From positions 18,213 to 82,212 of the forward strand of contig CAWBHS010000080.1 in NCBI GenBank assembly GCA_963788655.1: a stretch of DNA of 64,000 nt, written 5' to 3'. The stretch is from an uncultured Verrucomicrobiae bacterium. Lineage in GTDB: Bacteria; Verrucomicrobiota; Verrucomicrobiia; Limisphaerales; JAFGQR01. Position numbers and translations under genes: made by a program. The notes under the pieces were generated by a model that worked only from the letters and a program-made list of their open reading frames with translations, had not been told where the DNA came from and ran no database searches. Position 1 is the first letter of the stretch. Each line of letters opens with the position of its first letter. Positions 1-13,135 of the stretch are shown one piece after another.

Positions 1-276
1 AATCCAAAACCGGACCTGGTGAAACTGTTTTCCAATGATCTGCAAGTGACCGACCGCACGCCGCCCACCTTCTTGGCCCATGCGTTGGATGACACGCTCG
101 TGCCACCGGACAACAGCCGGATGTTTTTCGAGGCGTTGCAAGCCCACCAGGTGCCGGGCAAGTTTCTTGAACTGCCGCATGGTGGACACGGCCTGAATGG
201 ATACTCGGGTCCGATGTGGACTGCTTGGCAAACCGGCTGCCTCGATTGGCTCAAGTCCATAAAGCGGCTGCCGTGA
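1..276 (+). CDS. Alpha/beta hydrolase (esterase/BD-FAE-like), C-terminal part; truncated by window edge
   Basis: TPPTFLAHALDDTLVP (catalytic Asp) and GGHGL (catalytic His) motifs; frame appears open to the window start. Confidence 0.8.
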   Translation, partial: NPKPDLVKLFSNDLQVTDRTPPTFLAHALDDTLVPPDNSRMFFEALQAHQVPGKFLELPHGGHGLNGYSGPMWTAWQTGCLDWLKSIKRLP

Positions 277-440
277 CCGCCCGGCAACTCGTGGAGCAGT
301 GCGTCCCGCCTGTCCCGATTTCCAACAAGCCGTGCAACATTTCTTCGAACGTGCTGATACCAATTGACGTTCGTAGCCCATTCGTGGCGGCCCAGACAGT
401 GTAGGTGAATGGCGCGATTTTGGAACGGCCTGCATTCTGT

Positions 441-589
441 CGCGCCAGCGTTTGGAGTGCGTCCGGCTTGCCGGCGCTTTTGCGGGGAACGCAACCAACA
501 AGCTACTGATGCGGACGCTTCATCGTTGGCGAGCCGAATGGTATTTTACGAAGGCGGGAGCAAGCTCCTCGCACTCCAAACGCTTCGCG
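441..589. repeat. Palindromic doublet, family B (CGCGCCAGCGTTTGGAGTGC.../...GCACTCCAAACGC); other copies at 4473-4577 and 30101-30207
   Basis: Inverted arms TTTGGAGTGCGTCCGGCTTGCCGGCGCTT and GCGGGAGCAAGCTCC-GCACTCCAAA read directly at three loci. Confidence 0.85.
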
Positions 590-625
590 ACGTTCGGAGG
601 CACCAACACCTCGCTCGGCTACATG

Positions 626-788
626 GTAGGACAGCGCGTCCCGCCTGTCCCGAAATGCCAAAGAACGCCCTTTGCAACAAGTCCACCATGACGACAATTG
701 AGCGGTCCTTGACCATTCGGGACAGCCGAGACGGCTGTCCTACGTGATGGCTCGCAACGCCGGTAGGACATTGCGTCTCGCCTGTCCC
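626..788. repeat. GTAG-type REP doublet, family A (GTAGGACAG-GCGTCCCGCCTGTCC ... GGACAGCCGAGACGGCTGTCCTAC), plus an extra single REP at 763-788
   Basis: GTAG...CTAC-bounded inverted pair at 626-743; same family at 19070-19185, 40204-40319, 44192-44308, 45852-45968, 56903-57016. Confidence 0.9.
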
Positions 789-799
789 GCACGCACTGC

Positions 800-3700
800 T
801 TACGTCCATTCACACAAGCTCTGCACATAAGTCGCGGAGCCATCGCGGAGCCAGCCGTCCAACTGGGCCTGGTCTTTGAGTTGTTGGCCGCGCAGACGGG
901 GGACCACGGCAAAGCGTGATTCGATTTCCGGCAGCGCCGTCATGTCCACCCACAGCTTTTCGAATTGCGTCACGGGGAACACGTCCTCCTGGCCGTGGCC
1001 CCAACGTTTCTTCACGTCTTTGATCGTGATGTACGTCGGCATCTTGGCGGCGAGCGTCCGAATGGCGGCAGTCACTTTGCCTTCGTTGGACAAGTCGTTT
1101 CGCGCCAGTTTGAAGGCAGCCAGTAACTGGTCGAGATCGATCCAGCACGTGTTCGAGTTGTAATAGCTCAGGCCGAACTCGACTTCCTCGCGAGGCATGG
1201 CCAGACCTTCCACCAGCCGCACCCGGCCATTGACGCGCGCCAGGCCGCCGCCGCGATCATCCAGTCGGCGCGTGATCACTTCGAACGTCAAACCCGCACC
1301 GCTGGCGATGTGTTGGCCCAGCAACGCGGGGTCCGCGTCCGCGCCCAGGGTGTCAATGTTATGCAGCATCAGGTATTTCAACTGCGGGCGCTCGGTGAGC
1401 AGTTGCGCCAGCACGCCATTGCGGAACAGGTTGGGCACTTCGTACCAGTGGCCGACCGGATGCAGACATTGGAGTGGCAGGTTGTCTGTGTAATCGCTCG
1501 CTGCACCCAGCGACTCCGCCCATTGGATCAGCGCGTGCCGGAGACTATCGCGGACCTTTTGTTGCTGCTCGTCGAGCATTTGTTGGGGCATTTCTTCCCA
1601 GGCAAACCGGAGATCGCGCCCCGTGGGCACCATGCGGAGCCCCACTGCCTTGCCCGGTGAAAGATGCAGCGGTCCTTCATAACCGTAATTCTTTTGTTGC
1701 GCCAGGAATCGAGCGGTGGGCTCATGCGTAAGATAGCTGGTGGTGAAAATGTGCGGCAAGGTCGTCCCTGCCTTTTGGGAAATTCGCCGGCTCTTGGCCA
1801 GGTGTGTCTCAATAAACGTGCGATGGCGTCCGCCGAGTTTGCAAAAGGGGTGCAGCGCTTTGACAACCCCAGCGCCTTGCGTCCACCGACTCCCCGCGCC
1901 TGCGGCCAAGGTAACTACGGCGACCTCGCCGTGACGCAAGGCGCTCCAGCCGCGTTCGATCAAGTCCGGCCGCAGGTCCGGCGAATCAGACATTACTTCG
2001 TTTTGCTGGGAGCGTTGATCCGTAGCCCCCGACGTGCGGAGGCGGACATTTTCGGCCCCCGTGCTGGACGAATTCGCCTCGTCCCCTCGGCGGCTACTCG
2101 GCTCCAATTTGCCCCGGGACGCGCTGATGACTTGCCCGACCAACTCCGTGGCATCGACGACATCTTCCGCGCGCACGTCTTCAATCACGGCGCTGGCCGG
2201 CAGCCGGTTTTGCGACAAACCAATCCGTCCGTCCTTGAGATCGCGACGGATTTGTTCGTGCTGGGTGCGGTCAAAACCATGGTGTTCGAGCAACAGCTCG
2301 AGCGACTGTTCGTTGGCGGACTCGGCTTTGCCACGCGGCAACATCACGTCAAAGAGCGCCTGCACCATGCCGCTCAATTCCGGCTTGGTGCGGCAGGCGG
2401 CGCCGAACTTGTCCAACTCGGCGCGCCGCACCGGCGACAGGGCGTGCCGCTCCTGGCGCAGCAGCGCGGGCACCGTCAATGTGTAATACCGGGGTGGCAT
2501 CAACGCGGCTTCGCTCTCGAGCAGGTCGGCGAACGTGCCGTGTTCGTTGATGGCAAAATCGTAAACCACCGGTTCCATCGCGAATGGCAGCGCGTGCTGG
2601 AGATCGCTTTTGAGCGCTGACATGATCTCCTGCAAGCGCGTTTGCGCTTCGGTCTTGCGCGCCGGGTTGAAGATGAATCCCATGCCGCCACCGGACATCC
2701 CGCCCAGCATCCAAAAGCCCCAGAACGCTTCGCCAAAACTGCCCCGGACCTGCTCGATAAGCGTCTCCGTGAAGTAATTGCTGGCCCAGGGAATGATGGT
2801 TTGCAGTGGCTCAAAGAAATTCTTCGTCGTAGCCCGGCCAATCGCCCGCACGTCGCCGGCTCGCAAGGCCGCCAGGATTTCGTCGAGAATGTCCCAGCAT
2901 GCCCCGGCGCGCTTTCCATTCGGCTTCGCAGCGCAGCAGATATTTCTCGGTCACCATTTCGAGAATCGGCCCGACGTTTTGGGCCATGCCACCATGGACC
3001 AACACCAAGCTATCCTGCAGGGCGCGCCGGGTTTCAGGCGAAGCATCCGGTTGTTCGAGGATGCGATGCGTGGGCATGAGCCGTCCGCGACTGATGCCCC
3101 ACTCGGGATCGCCCTCCTGGGCCAGGGCGCCTTCAATGAGTTTCATGCTGGGCCATACGCCGCCCGAATCCTGCCAGCCGCCGCCGGAACCGCTCAGCCA
3201 TTCACCCAAGAGAGCGCGCGCCAGCACCAGCCGCCGTTCCTCCTCGTGCAGCGGCCCGGCGAGGGATTGGGCCTGGCCCGTGGCCCGCATGCAGACCGAG
3301 ATCAACGCGGCCAGCAGGTTGGTGGAAACGGCCAGGCGCGAGCCCTTGGGGATGTCGTTGACACTGCTGACGATTTCCAACCCGCGTCCCGGTCCGACGA
3401 TGCGCGCGAGCAATTCCGCCAGGCTTTGCCCGGAACCTTCGATACCTGGAGGCACAATGCCGGCAGCAATCACTGCTGCTTTGAGCAGGCCCAGGTAGTC
3501 CTTGGCGAAGTCAAACATTTCGGCGAGATGCGTGATGTCCGCCGTGCAATTCAAATCGACACTGACCAGGCGCAACAATGGTTCGTCGATCACTCGCAAA
3601 TACGCTTCGACCGGCGGGCGCGGAGCTTGGTCGCGGCCATGCACGCCCAAATCAATGGACACATTCAATACCTTCGCGCCTTCGGGATAATCCATGCCGA

Positions 3701-4301
3701 GGAAGAAAATATCGCTCCAACCGCAGTGCGTGAGGTCCATGCGGACGGGCGTTCGTTCGCGCAGAATGGGATGTGTGCCATCGTCGGCCTGGCACAGTAA
3801 CTCGGGCCGGATGCGCAATGGTTGATCGATGGGATGGCCCATGCGAAACATCCATTGGTTGCCCCGCACCGAACGCACACTGCGCCGCACCTGGTCCGCG
3901 AGCGTCTGAAATGCGAGCCGTTGATAGGCCGCCGCCAGCGCGCTCGAAATGCCGTCGCTCGGACCCTGTTCCGCTTGCACGCTCAGGAAATGATCGATGG
4001 CCTCCTCGAAACGGCGTTGGAGGAGGTGTTCGTAGCCTTTGAACGGGATCAGCCCGGTCTGGTTGTCGGCCAAGGGCGTTTCGGCGAGCAGTCGCCCCGG
4101 AAGATGAAAGCGATGGAGCGCGTACAGGAAGAACAGCGCCCGGACCCGCTCGTAGAGGTTTTCACTGCGCCGGCGAAACGTGTCCAGTTCCGCCGCCTGG
4201 GCCATCAGTTCCCGGAGTGACGTTTCCTGGCAAAGCGCGTCGAGTGATTGATGGCGTGTCGCCGGGTCGGTGGCGGTGATGATGCTGGTTAGACTTTGCA
4301 T
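800..4301 (-). CDS. Fused GHMP-family sugar kinase / UTP-sugar-1-phosphate uridylyltransferase (about 1165 aa); one frameshift near 2894
   Basis: Kinase motifs [33 protein letters not shown] motifs [29 protein letters not shown]. Removing one C from CCC at 2893-2895 joins ORFs 2811..4649 and 800..2866. ATG (MQSLTS) at 4301. Confidence 0.8.
2022..2097. repeat. GTAG-type palindrome, family D, lying inside the kinase/uridylyltransferase CDS
   Basis: GTAGCCCCCGACGTGCGGAGGCGG...CGCCTCGTCCCCTCGGCGGCTAC; resembles intergenic copies at 7576-7645 and 24618-24687. Confidence 0.75.
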
Positions 4302-4623
4302 GTTATGCTGGGCGCCAAGGTCACAAAACCCGCGCCCGCCGTCAACAGCGCGTGATCTTGGTGGGGCAGAGGGGGTGAATGGCCGTCGCTGCCTCGTGCC
4401 GGCGCTTTTGCGCAGGTGGTTCAAATCCTGACGCAAACGGTTTCGTTCATTGCACGCCCTATGTCCACCGACAGCGGGAGCAAGCTCCGCGCACTCCAAA
4501 CGCTGGCGCGAGGTTTGACTGGGTCGGCGGAAATGGCGCGCGGGCGTTTGGAGTGCGCTCGGCTTGCCGGCGCTTTCGCACACCCAAAGCAGCTTGGCCA
4601 AATTGGTGGACGGCCCTCTGGCC

Positions 4624-7230
<2,607 letters not shown>

Positions 7231-7366
7231 CGCCCGGAAAGGTAAACCGAAAGGGGGATCCGTTCGAAGTCAAAATTCGGACGGCAAAATGATCGGGAAA
7301 TCCGAAAGAAGCTCGTCAGGATATTTCTGCACCAGATCGCACCACGCAGAATTTGGAAAGCTACCT

Positions 7367-7645
7367 TTCACCGCAAAGACACGAAGGGCGCAAAGGTTTT
7401 CCGCCCCAGCCTTGGTGCCCTTCGTGTCTTGGCGGTGAACTGAGGCCTGCCAGATGCAGTGGCTGGTGCGACACCCTTGAGTTTCAGGTCTTTGGGCTTC
7501 GGGCTTCGGATTTCGGCGTTCGGATTTGGCTTTTGATCTGGATATTTCGCACCGAGTTTAAAACACGGACCGCCTGTAGCCGCCGACGTAAGGAGGCGGA
7601 GCACTGGAAGAGGTGCCAGGTCCGCCTCTTTCCGTCGTCGGCTAC
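7367..7645. repeat. Intergenic repeat mosaic: inverted repeat (TTCACCGCAAAGACACGAAGGGC / GCCCTTCGTGTCTTGGCGGTGAA), heptamer run, family D palindrome
   Basis: IR at 7367-7439; TCGGRNT-like heptamers at 7492-7533; GTAGCCGCCGACGTAAGGAGGCGG...GTCGGCTAC at 7576-7645. Confidence 0.75.
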
Positions 7646-7774
7646 AGCGAGTGTGAAATGTTCGGGTTGGCCCTCTGCCGCTCCTTTTCCGACAACAAAA
7701 TCTTGGCCGCGAGGCTGGGGCAACATAAAGTCTCACCGACAGCCGTCTGACCTTGGCCTGCGTTAAGCGCCGCC

Positions 7775-8308
7775 ATGAATAACATTGTCTATTTTGATTT
7801 GGAAACGCAGAAGTCCGCCGACGAAGTGGGCGGGTGGAATCGTATTCGGGAAATGCGGATGAGCGTGGGGGTGACGTACAGCACCGCCCGTGGCGAATAC
7901 CGGATTTATTCAGAAAAGCAGGTGGACGATCTGATTGGTGAGTTGCAACGGGCCGATCTGGTGGTGGGCTTCAACCACCTGCGTTTCGATTACGAAGTGC
8001 TTCATTATTACACGGTTCTGGATTTGCGTCAGATTCCCGCCCTGGACATGCTGGTGGAATTGCAAAAGACCCTGCCCCATCGGTTGTCGCTCGATTCCAT
8101 TGCCTCCGCCACCTTGGGGGTCGAAAAGACCGCCGAAGGATTGCAGGCGATCCGGTGGTTTCGGGAGGGGCGCCTGTTGGAAATTGCCGAGTATTGCTGT
8201 TTTGACGTCAAAATCACCCGGATGGTCCATGAATACGGTCGCGATCATCACCAGCTTCATTATACGGATCGCATGGGCCGCAAATTGGCGGTTTCCGTGG
8301 GTTGGTGA
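7775..8308 (+). CDS. RNase H-like (YprB/RNase_H_2-type) DEDD 3'-5' exonuclease
   Basis: YFDLETQK, GFNHLRFDY, SLDSIA, YCCFDVKIT motifs. Confidence 0.85.
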   Translation: MNNIVYFDLETQKSADEVGGWNRIREMRMSVGVTYSTARGEYRIYSEKQVDDLIGELQRADLVVGFNHLRFDYEVLHYYTVLDLRQIPALDMLVELQKTLPHRLSLDSIASATLGVEKTAEGLQAIRWFREGRLLEIAEYCCFDVKITRMVHEYGRDHHQLHYTDRMGRKLAVSVGW

Positions 8309-8322
8309 AGGTCGAAGAAAAA

Positions 8323-8407
8323 TGGTGCCCGCGACAGGATTTGAACCTGTACCCGGTTACCGACTAGAACCTGAATCTAGCGCGTCTGCCAATTCCGCCA
8401 CGCGGGC
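8323..8407 (-). tRNA. tRNA-Leu (anticodon CAG)
   Basis: Reverse complement reads GCCCGCGTGGCGGAATTGGCAGACGCGCTAGATT-CAG-GTTCTAG...GGTTCAAATCC...GCGGGCACCA; long variable arm; encoded CCA. Confidence 0.97.
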
Positions 8408-8465
8408 CCATTGCGACCGGTGCCCCGGCCGGAGCGGATGCTTTGAATCCGCCGGTTTCGGGGGC

Positions 8466-8494
8466 TAAATAAACACCAAACTCGGTCGGTGCAA
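8466..8494 (-). promoter_or_regulatory. Putative sigma70 promoter of tRNA-Leu
   Basis: TTGCAC-17 nt-TATTTA on minus strand, about 60 nt upstream of the tRNA. Confidence 0.45.
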
Positions 8495-8877
8495 GTAAAA
8501 TCCTTAAAACTTACTTGAAATTGATTACCAATTGGGGTCAATTATGTCCAATCAACCGCAACGCGAGGGCAAGTCAATATTGTGCCTGCGTCGGTTGTCG
8601 CTGTTCCGGGGCTTCCAGGGTTGGCAGAAAACCGGAGGGCGGAAGTGTGTATGAAGATTTCCATGCTGGAGAAACGTAGCTCCCGCCGCTCGGTCGGAAT
8701 CGGCAGCAGCGGCCCAATCGCTGGTGAGGGGCGTCTCCGATCTTGGGACAAAACCAATCCGCGAGGATTGGCTCGATGGGTGAACCGCATCGCAACGTGG
8801 CACAAATGAAGCTGTTGAGTAAGAGTTACCTATTTGAGAAGTGCAACATTAGTAAACAGATAAACCGTAAGCGTCTT

Positions 8878-10938
8878 ATGCGAAGTGTCTTTTTTAAAAC
8901 TGTGGCTTTGATCGTTACCGCGATCGGGCTGGCCGCCAGTCTGCCCTCTGCTTCCGCAGCAACGAGTGGGACCCGATCTTCTCGTGGGACAAATCCTTGG
9001 CAATACAATGATTCCGGAGCGAACTTTGGAACCATCTGGAGAGCGACCGGATACAACGACACTGGTCCTGGCTGGAAGACTGGCACCGGAGGTGTTCGCT
9101 GGGTTCCGGCGAGATGGCGACGACCGCAACCGTTGGCTTAACGGAAACGCGGTCGCCGAGCGCAGGGCCCATCAACGCACCACCATGGCGCGCTATCTGA
9201 CAGACGGCACAACGCAGATCACGACGTATTATTTCCGAACTCATTTCAATTTCCGGTGCAACCGCGCTTCGTGTTTTTGGTCGTGTTCCAACATGTTCTG
9301 ATGACGGGGCCGTCATTGTACCTCAATGGTGTGGAGATGATCCGCTTGCACATGCATGACCGGCACGGTCACCCCCGCCAATTGGCTAATAACGGCGCTG
9401 CGGTGGAAGTCAGCCGAGCGGGGGATGTCACCATCGCCCAACGATGGCGGTCTACTATGAGTATTTGCTAGGCTCGACGAATCTGCATTTTGGCGACAAT
9501 GTGCTGGCGGTCGAAGTGCATGAGCGTAAACGCGACGAGTTCGGACGTGGTCTTTGGCATGGCCTTGGGCTACCGGATCGTGACGCCGCCAACAATCACC
9601 ACGCAACCGGTCAGCGTGGATATTGAACAAGAAATTCCTTTACCCTGAGCGTTGGGGCGACTGGCGAATATCCGTTGTACTACCAATGGCAAAAGGACGA
9701 TGGGACGGGCACCTTTGTGGATGTGGCCGGCGCGGTCAACGCGACTTACTCGATTTCTCAGGCGCTGGCGTATCATGCCGGGCGTTACCGGGTGATCGTT
9801 TCCAATGCCGGTGGCAGTGCCACCAGCGCGGTGGTCCGGGTGAACGTGGTCACCGACAGCAGCGGGACCGCGTATCGTTTCGGCCATCGCCGACCCGGTG
9901 TTTCCCCCTTATCTGGTCGTTGTCCGGTTCAACGAGAACGTCTCATTGGCAACCGCAACGAAGACAACCAACTATATTATTACCGAGATGGCTACAGGCA
10001 ATCGGTGACCGTAAGTAACGTTCAATTGGGGAGTGATTACCGCCCGTTTGAACACGGGCCCCTGGGATCCCACCAAGCAATAGAAGATCACCATCAACAA
10101 CGTGGCCGACAATTTCGCCGCTCACAACCTCATCGCTCCGGACACCAAAGTGGGCATGGCGTTCACCAGCATACAGCCGATCTTTGCCATGAACAAAGAA
10201 TGGTCCTTTTGGCAAGATGGTCCTCTATACATTTATCCCGGGTTGGAAGATTCGTGGAAAACCAATGGCTTGGACAGCAGTAATCCGGATTTGCCCTATG
10301 ATCCCAACACGGGGCACGGCGTTTTCTATTTTGAATACAACGGGCTTCCGAATTTGTGCAATGGCAACTTGGGGACGGTGATCGACAACGGGCCGATGAC
10401 CCACTATTTCACGACGCGTTTTACGGTGGGCACCGTCGATCCCCGGGCCTCGTTTGAACTCCACTCCGTCATCGATGATGGGGCCGTGTTTTATCTGAAT
10501 GGCGACGAGATTGGCCGGTTCAATATGCCAGCGGGACCGGTCGATTATTGGACACCGGCGGCCACCAGCATCGGGGATGCCGAGTGTGTCACGAATGTCT
10601 TTGGAGTGACCAATCTGGTGTCCGGGGAAAACCTGTTGGCTGTCGAGTTGCACCAGATCAATCAAACCACCACCGATGATGTGTTCGGTGGGGAACTGGA
10701 GGCACGTTTGGTTACCTTCTACGATCTGACGAATGACCCGCCGCCCACGCTGAACTTGACGCCCAACCCCGGTGCGGCCAACGACATGGTCCTCTCGTGG
10801 ACCGGTTCGGGTTTTGCGCTGGAATACGCCAACAAGGTCGAAGGACCATGGTTTGAAGCCCAGCCCATGGCGAATCCGTTTGCGACGGCTTCCACCAACG
10901 CAATGCAACGGTTCTGGCGCTTATCCTTGCCACAGTAA
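8878..10938 (+). CDS. Secreted modular protein: two jelly-roll-like repeats flanking Ig-like domains (heavily frameshifted from about 8950 to 10100)
   Basis: Signal peptide MRSVFFKTVALIVTAIGLAASLPSASA; repeated TYYFR/THYFT, YLNGVEM/DDGAVFYLNGDEI, GDNVLAVEVH/GENLLAVELHQ; Ig motif YYQWQK...GRYRVIVSNAGGSATS; C-terminal LSWTG...GPW...RFWRL domain. Confidence 0.7.
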
Positions 10939-10965
10939 CTGCTGGGATACGGTTGATTCTGCACG

Positions 10966-10998
10966 CAAGCGCGGCACTTCGCCGCGCTTGTTTGCTTT
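10966..10998 (+). terminator. Intrinsic terminator
   Basis: CAAGCGCGGC-acttc-GCCGCGCTTG followed by TTTGCTTT. Confidence 0.7.
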
Positions 10999-11107
10999 GG
11001 GTGGTGGCTGCGTGAGGATCACGCACTATGCGTGGAAATTTTTCGCAGTTGAAGGCGTAACTGGGCAAAATCCGTGTGTTATGTGGACTTCTGTAGAAAA
11101 AGTTGCA

Positions 11108-11123
11108 TGGCATTGCTGCTGCT
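11108..11123 (+). promoter_or_regulatory. Putative sigma54 (-24/-12) promoter of the first pilin-like gene
   Basis: TGGCATTGCTGCTGCT has GG-N10-GC spacing, about 75 nt upstream of ATG 11197. Confidence 0.45.
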
Positions 11124-11196
11124 TAAAGGTCTGGCAGACTTAGTCGCGCAAAGTAACAATTAATTCCGAACCCGTAATTAGGAACAAACGCAGAAC

Positions 11197-11886
11197 ATGA
11201 AAAATAGATACCAACAAAAAAATCGGGCGTTCACTCTCATTGAGTTGCTCGTCGTTATCGCCATTATCGCCATTCTGGCGGGCTTGCTCTTGCCGGCCCT
11301 GGCCCGCGCCAAGGCCAAGGCGCAACGCATCAACTGCATCAGCAACCTCAAACAGGTTGGGCTGGCGCTTCGCATGTGGTCCAATGACCACGATGATCGG
11401 TTTCCCTTCATGGTGGAGAATCGGCGCGGCGGCAATTTGCACAATGATCAAACGCTCGACATTGGTAACGTGGATGCCGTGGTGGACATCTTCCGCAACA
11501 TGTCCAACGAATTGAGTTCGCCCAAAATCCTGGCTTGCTCCAGCGATGGCAACGCCACCAAGGAAACCAGGTGGCCAGACCTCACTGGGGGCAATACCGG
11601 AGGAGATGTAAGCTACTTCTTGGGACTGAGAGCTGATGAATCCCAGCCGCAAACCATTCTCACCGGTGACCGGAATATCGATGGCGATACTTACCTCGGC
11701 AGTGGTGGCAAGTCGGTCACGTCTGGTGCCGACGTGCAATGGGGTGGCAACATTCACAACGACAACGGCAACCTCGGACTTTCCGACGGTAGTGCCCAGC
11801 AGGCGAGCCAGTCGGCGCTCGATCGGCAGGTTGAGGCGAACTTCTCCGTCATCGACCCGAATCCGATTTTGCTCAAAGGGCCATAA
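11197..11886 (+). CDS. Prepilin-type N-terminal cleavage/methylation protein with H-X9-DG C-terminal motif
   Basis: [52 protein letters not shown]. Confidence 0.92.
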   Translation: MKNRYQQKNRAFTLIELLVVIAIIAILAGLLLPALARAKAKAQRINCISNLKQVGLALRMWSNDHDDRFPFMVENRRGGNLHNDQTLDIGNVDAVVDIFRNMSNELSSPKILACSSDGNATKETRWPDLTGGNTGGDVSYFLGLRADESQPQTILTGDRNIDGDTYLGSGGKSVTSGADVQWGGNIHNDNGNLGLSDGSAQQASQSALDRQVEANFSVIDPNPILLKGP

Positions 11887-11901
11887 TCGTCTGATTTGAC
11901 A

Positions 11902-11940
11902 AACAAAAGGCATCCCGGCAGTTCAGGGATGCCTTTTGTT
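11902..11940 (+). terminator. Intrinsic terminator (possibly bidirectional)
   Basis: AACAAAAGGCATCCC-loop-GGGATGCCTTTTGTT. Confidence 0.8.
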
Positions 11941-12034
11941 GCTTTCCGGATTCGGCAAGATTGGGGCTGGTCGAGTTGATGTGGACCGTTGATATAAATG
12001 CGTTTTCCCCATGCTTTTAGTGTAAAAAAACCGA

Positions 12035-12064
12035 TTGACACCGAATCTTACGAACTGTTAAATT
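12035..12064 (+). promoter_or_regulatory. Putative sigma70 promoter of the second pilin-like gene
   Basis: Perfect TTGACA at 12035-12040, 18-nt spacer with extended TG, TAAATT at 12059-12064. Confidence 0.55.
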
Positions 12065-12080
12065 CCCTCTAGCATTGCTT

Positions 12081-12881
12081 ATGAAAAATTTTCGCCCAAA
12101 AAATACCTCGACGGCATTCACCCTGATTGAACTTCTGGTCGTGATTGCTATTATTGCGATTCTGGCCGGTCTGCTGCTACCCGCCCTCGCCAGGGCCAAG
12201 GCCAAAGCCTTGCAGATTGCCTGCGTCAGCAACATGAAGCAAATCTCTCTGGCCTACAACTTATGGGTCAACGACAACGACAAGAATAACCTCCCCTTCC
12301 GCGTCTGCTATGACGATGGGGGGCTCAAACTCACCGGATCCAACCCAACTTGCACTCCAAGTCAACAACCGCCCTGGGCGGGATTTCAGAACAACCTTTG
12401 GTTTCAGTATTCGTTTATCTCCAACGAGCTGGCGTCACCCAAGATTCTGGTGTGCCCCGCGGACAAAGCGAAAACGGCCGCATTCGACTGGTCGCACAGT
12501 GCCGATGGCGGATTCTTGAATGGCGCGTTTAAAGGCAACGCAGTCAGCATCGTTCTGGCCCTGGATGGCGGGTACCTGAACGGCGCATTGAATTGGGCGG
12601 CGGCCCAACAGCACATTCTCTTGGTGGATCGTAATATGTACACCGAAGGTGTTAATGCAGGCTGTTCTTCAGGCATAACCACGGCGAACGGGCTCACTGC
12701 GCCACGCAAGGGCGGTAAAGCCATTTGGGAAAAAGGCATCCATGGTGAAGGCAACGGCAACGTTGCCAAGCTGGATGGGAGCGTAGAAAAAACTAGTAAC
12801 TACGGTCTGAAGGATGCGCTGGACCTGGGTGATGAAAACGGTAACCTGCATTTCCTTTTCCCGCTGGGCAGTAAGAACTAA
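12081..12881 (+). CDS. Second prepilin-type N-terminal cleavage/methylation protein (H-X10-DG variant)
   Basis: [58 protein letters not shown]. Confidence 0.92.
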   Translation: MKNFRPKNTSTAFTLIELLVVIAIIAILAGLLLPALARAKAKALQIACVSNMKQISLAYNLWVNDNDKNNLPFRVCYDDGGLKLTGSNPTCTPSQQPPWAGFQNNLWFQYSFISNELASPKILVCPADKAKTAAFDWSHSADGGFLNGAFKGNAVSIVLALDGGYLNGALNWAAAQQHILLVDRNMYTEGVNAGCSSGITTANGLTAPRKGGKAIWEKGIHGEGNGNVAKLDGSVEKTSNYGLKDALDLGDENGNLHFLFPLGSKN

Positions 12882-12915
12882 GCTCTCAGACATCGCAAGC
12901 TTGACGCTTGCATGC

Positions 12916-12955
12916 GAACCTCGCCGTTTCCGAAGCGGTGAGGTTTTTCTTTTTT
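12916..12955 (+). terminator. Intrinsic terminator
   Basis: AACCTCGCCG-loop-CGGTGAGGTT followed by T-rich tract. Confidence 0.7.
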
Positions 12956-13135
12956 CCGCGCGGTCAACCGGCGTCGATCAGCTTAAAACCAGCAGCAGGA
13001 CGTTACGGATTTCACGGATGCAAGGCCCTGGCCGCCCGAAGCCGCGTAAGCTGGCTTACCAAGCGTGCGACCAGGAAAGCGCTTGTCCATCTGTGTAATC
13101 CGGGCAATCCGGGGTCCCAACTGGATCATTGGGGA

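Noticed and set aside
409..809. Short ORFs over repeat regions (also 7353-7766, 18283-18535, 30014-30346, 34407-35199, 62972-63186)
   Set aside because: Their recurring peptides (ECVRL, CCRHLAG, VGQPSRLS) are translations of REP-like DNA.
2893..2895. Programmed frameshifting or phase variation at the observed frame breaks
   Set aside because: The runs are only about 3 nt, there are no slippery heptamers, and breaks occur in many unrelated genes, which fits sequencing error.
8323..12955. Genomic island integrated at tRNA-Leu
   Set aside because: The AT-richer block lies on the 5' side of the tRNA; no integrase and no duplicated tRNA 3' end were seen.
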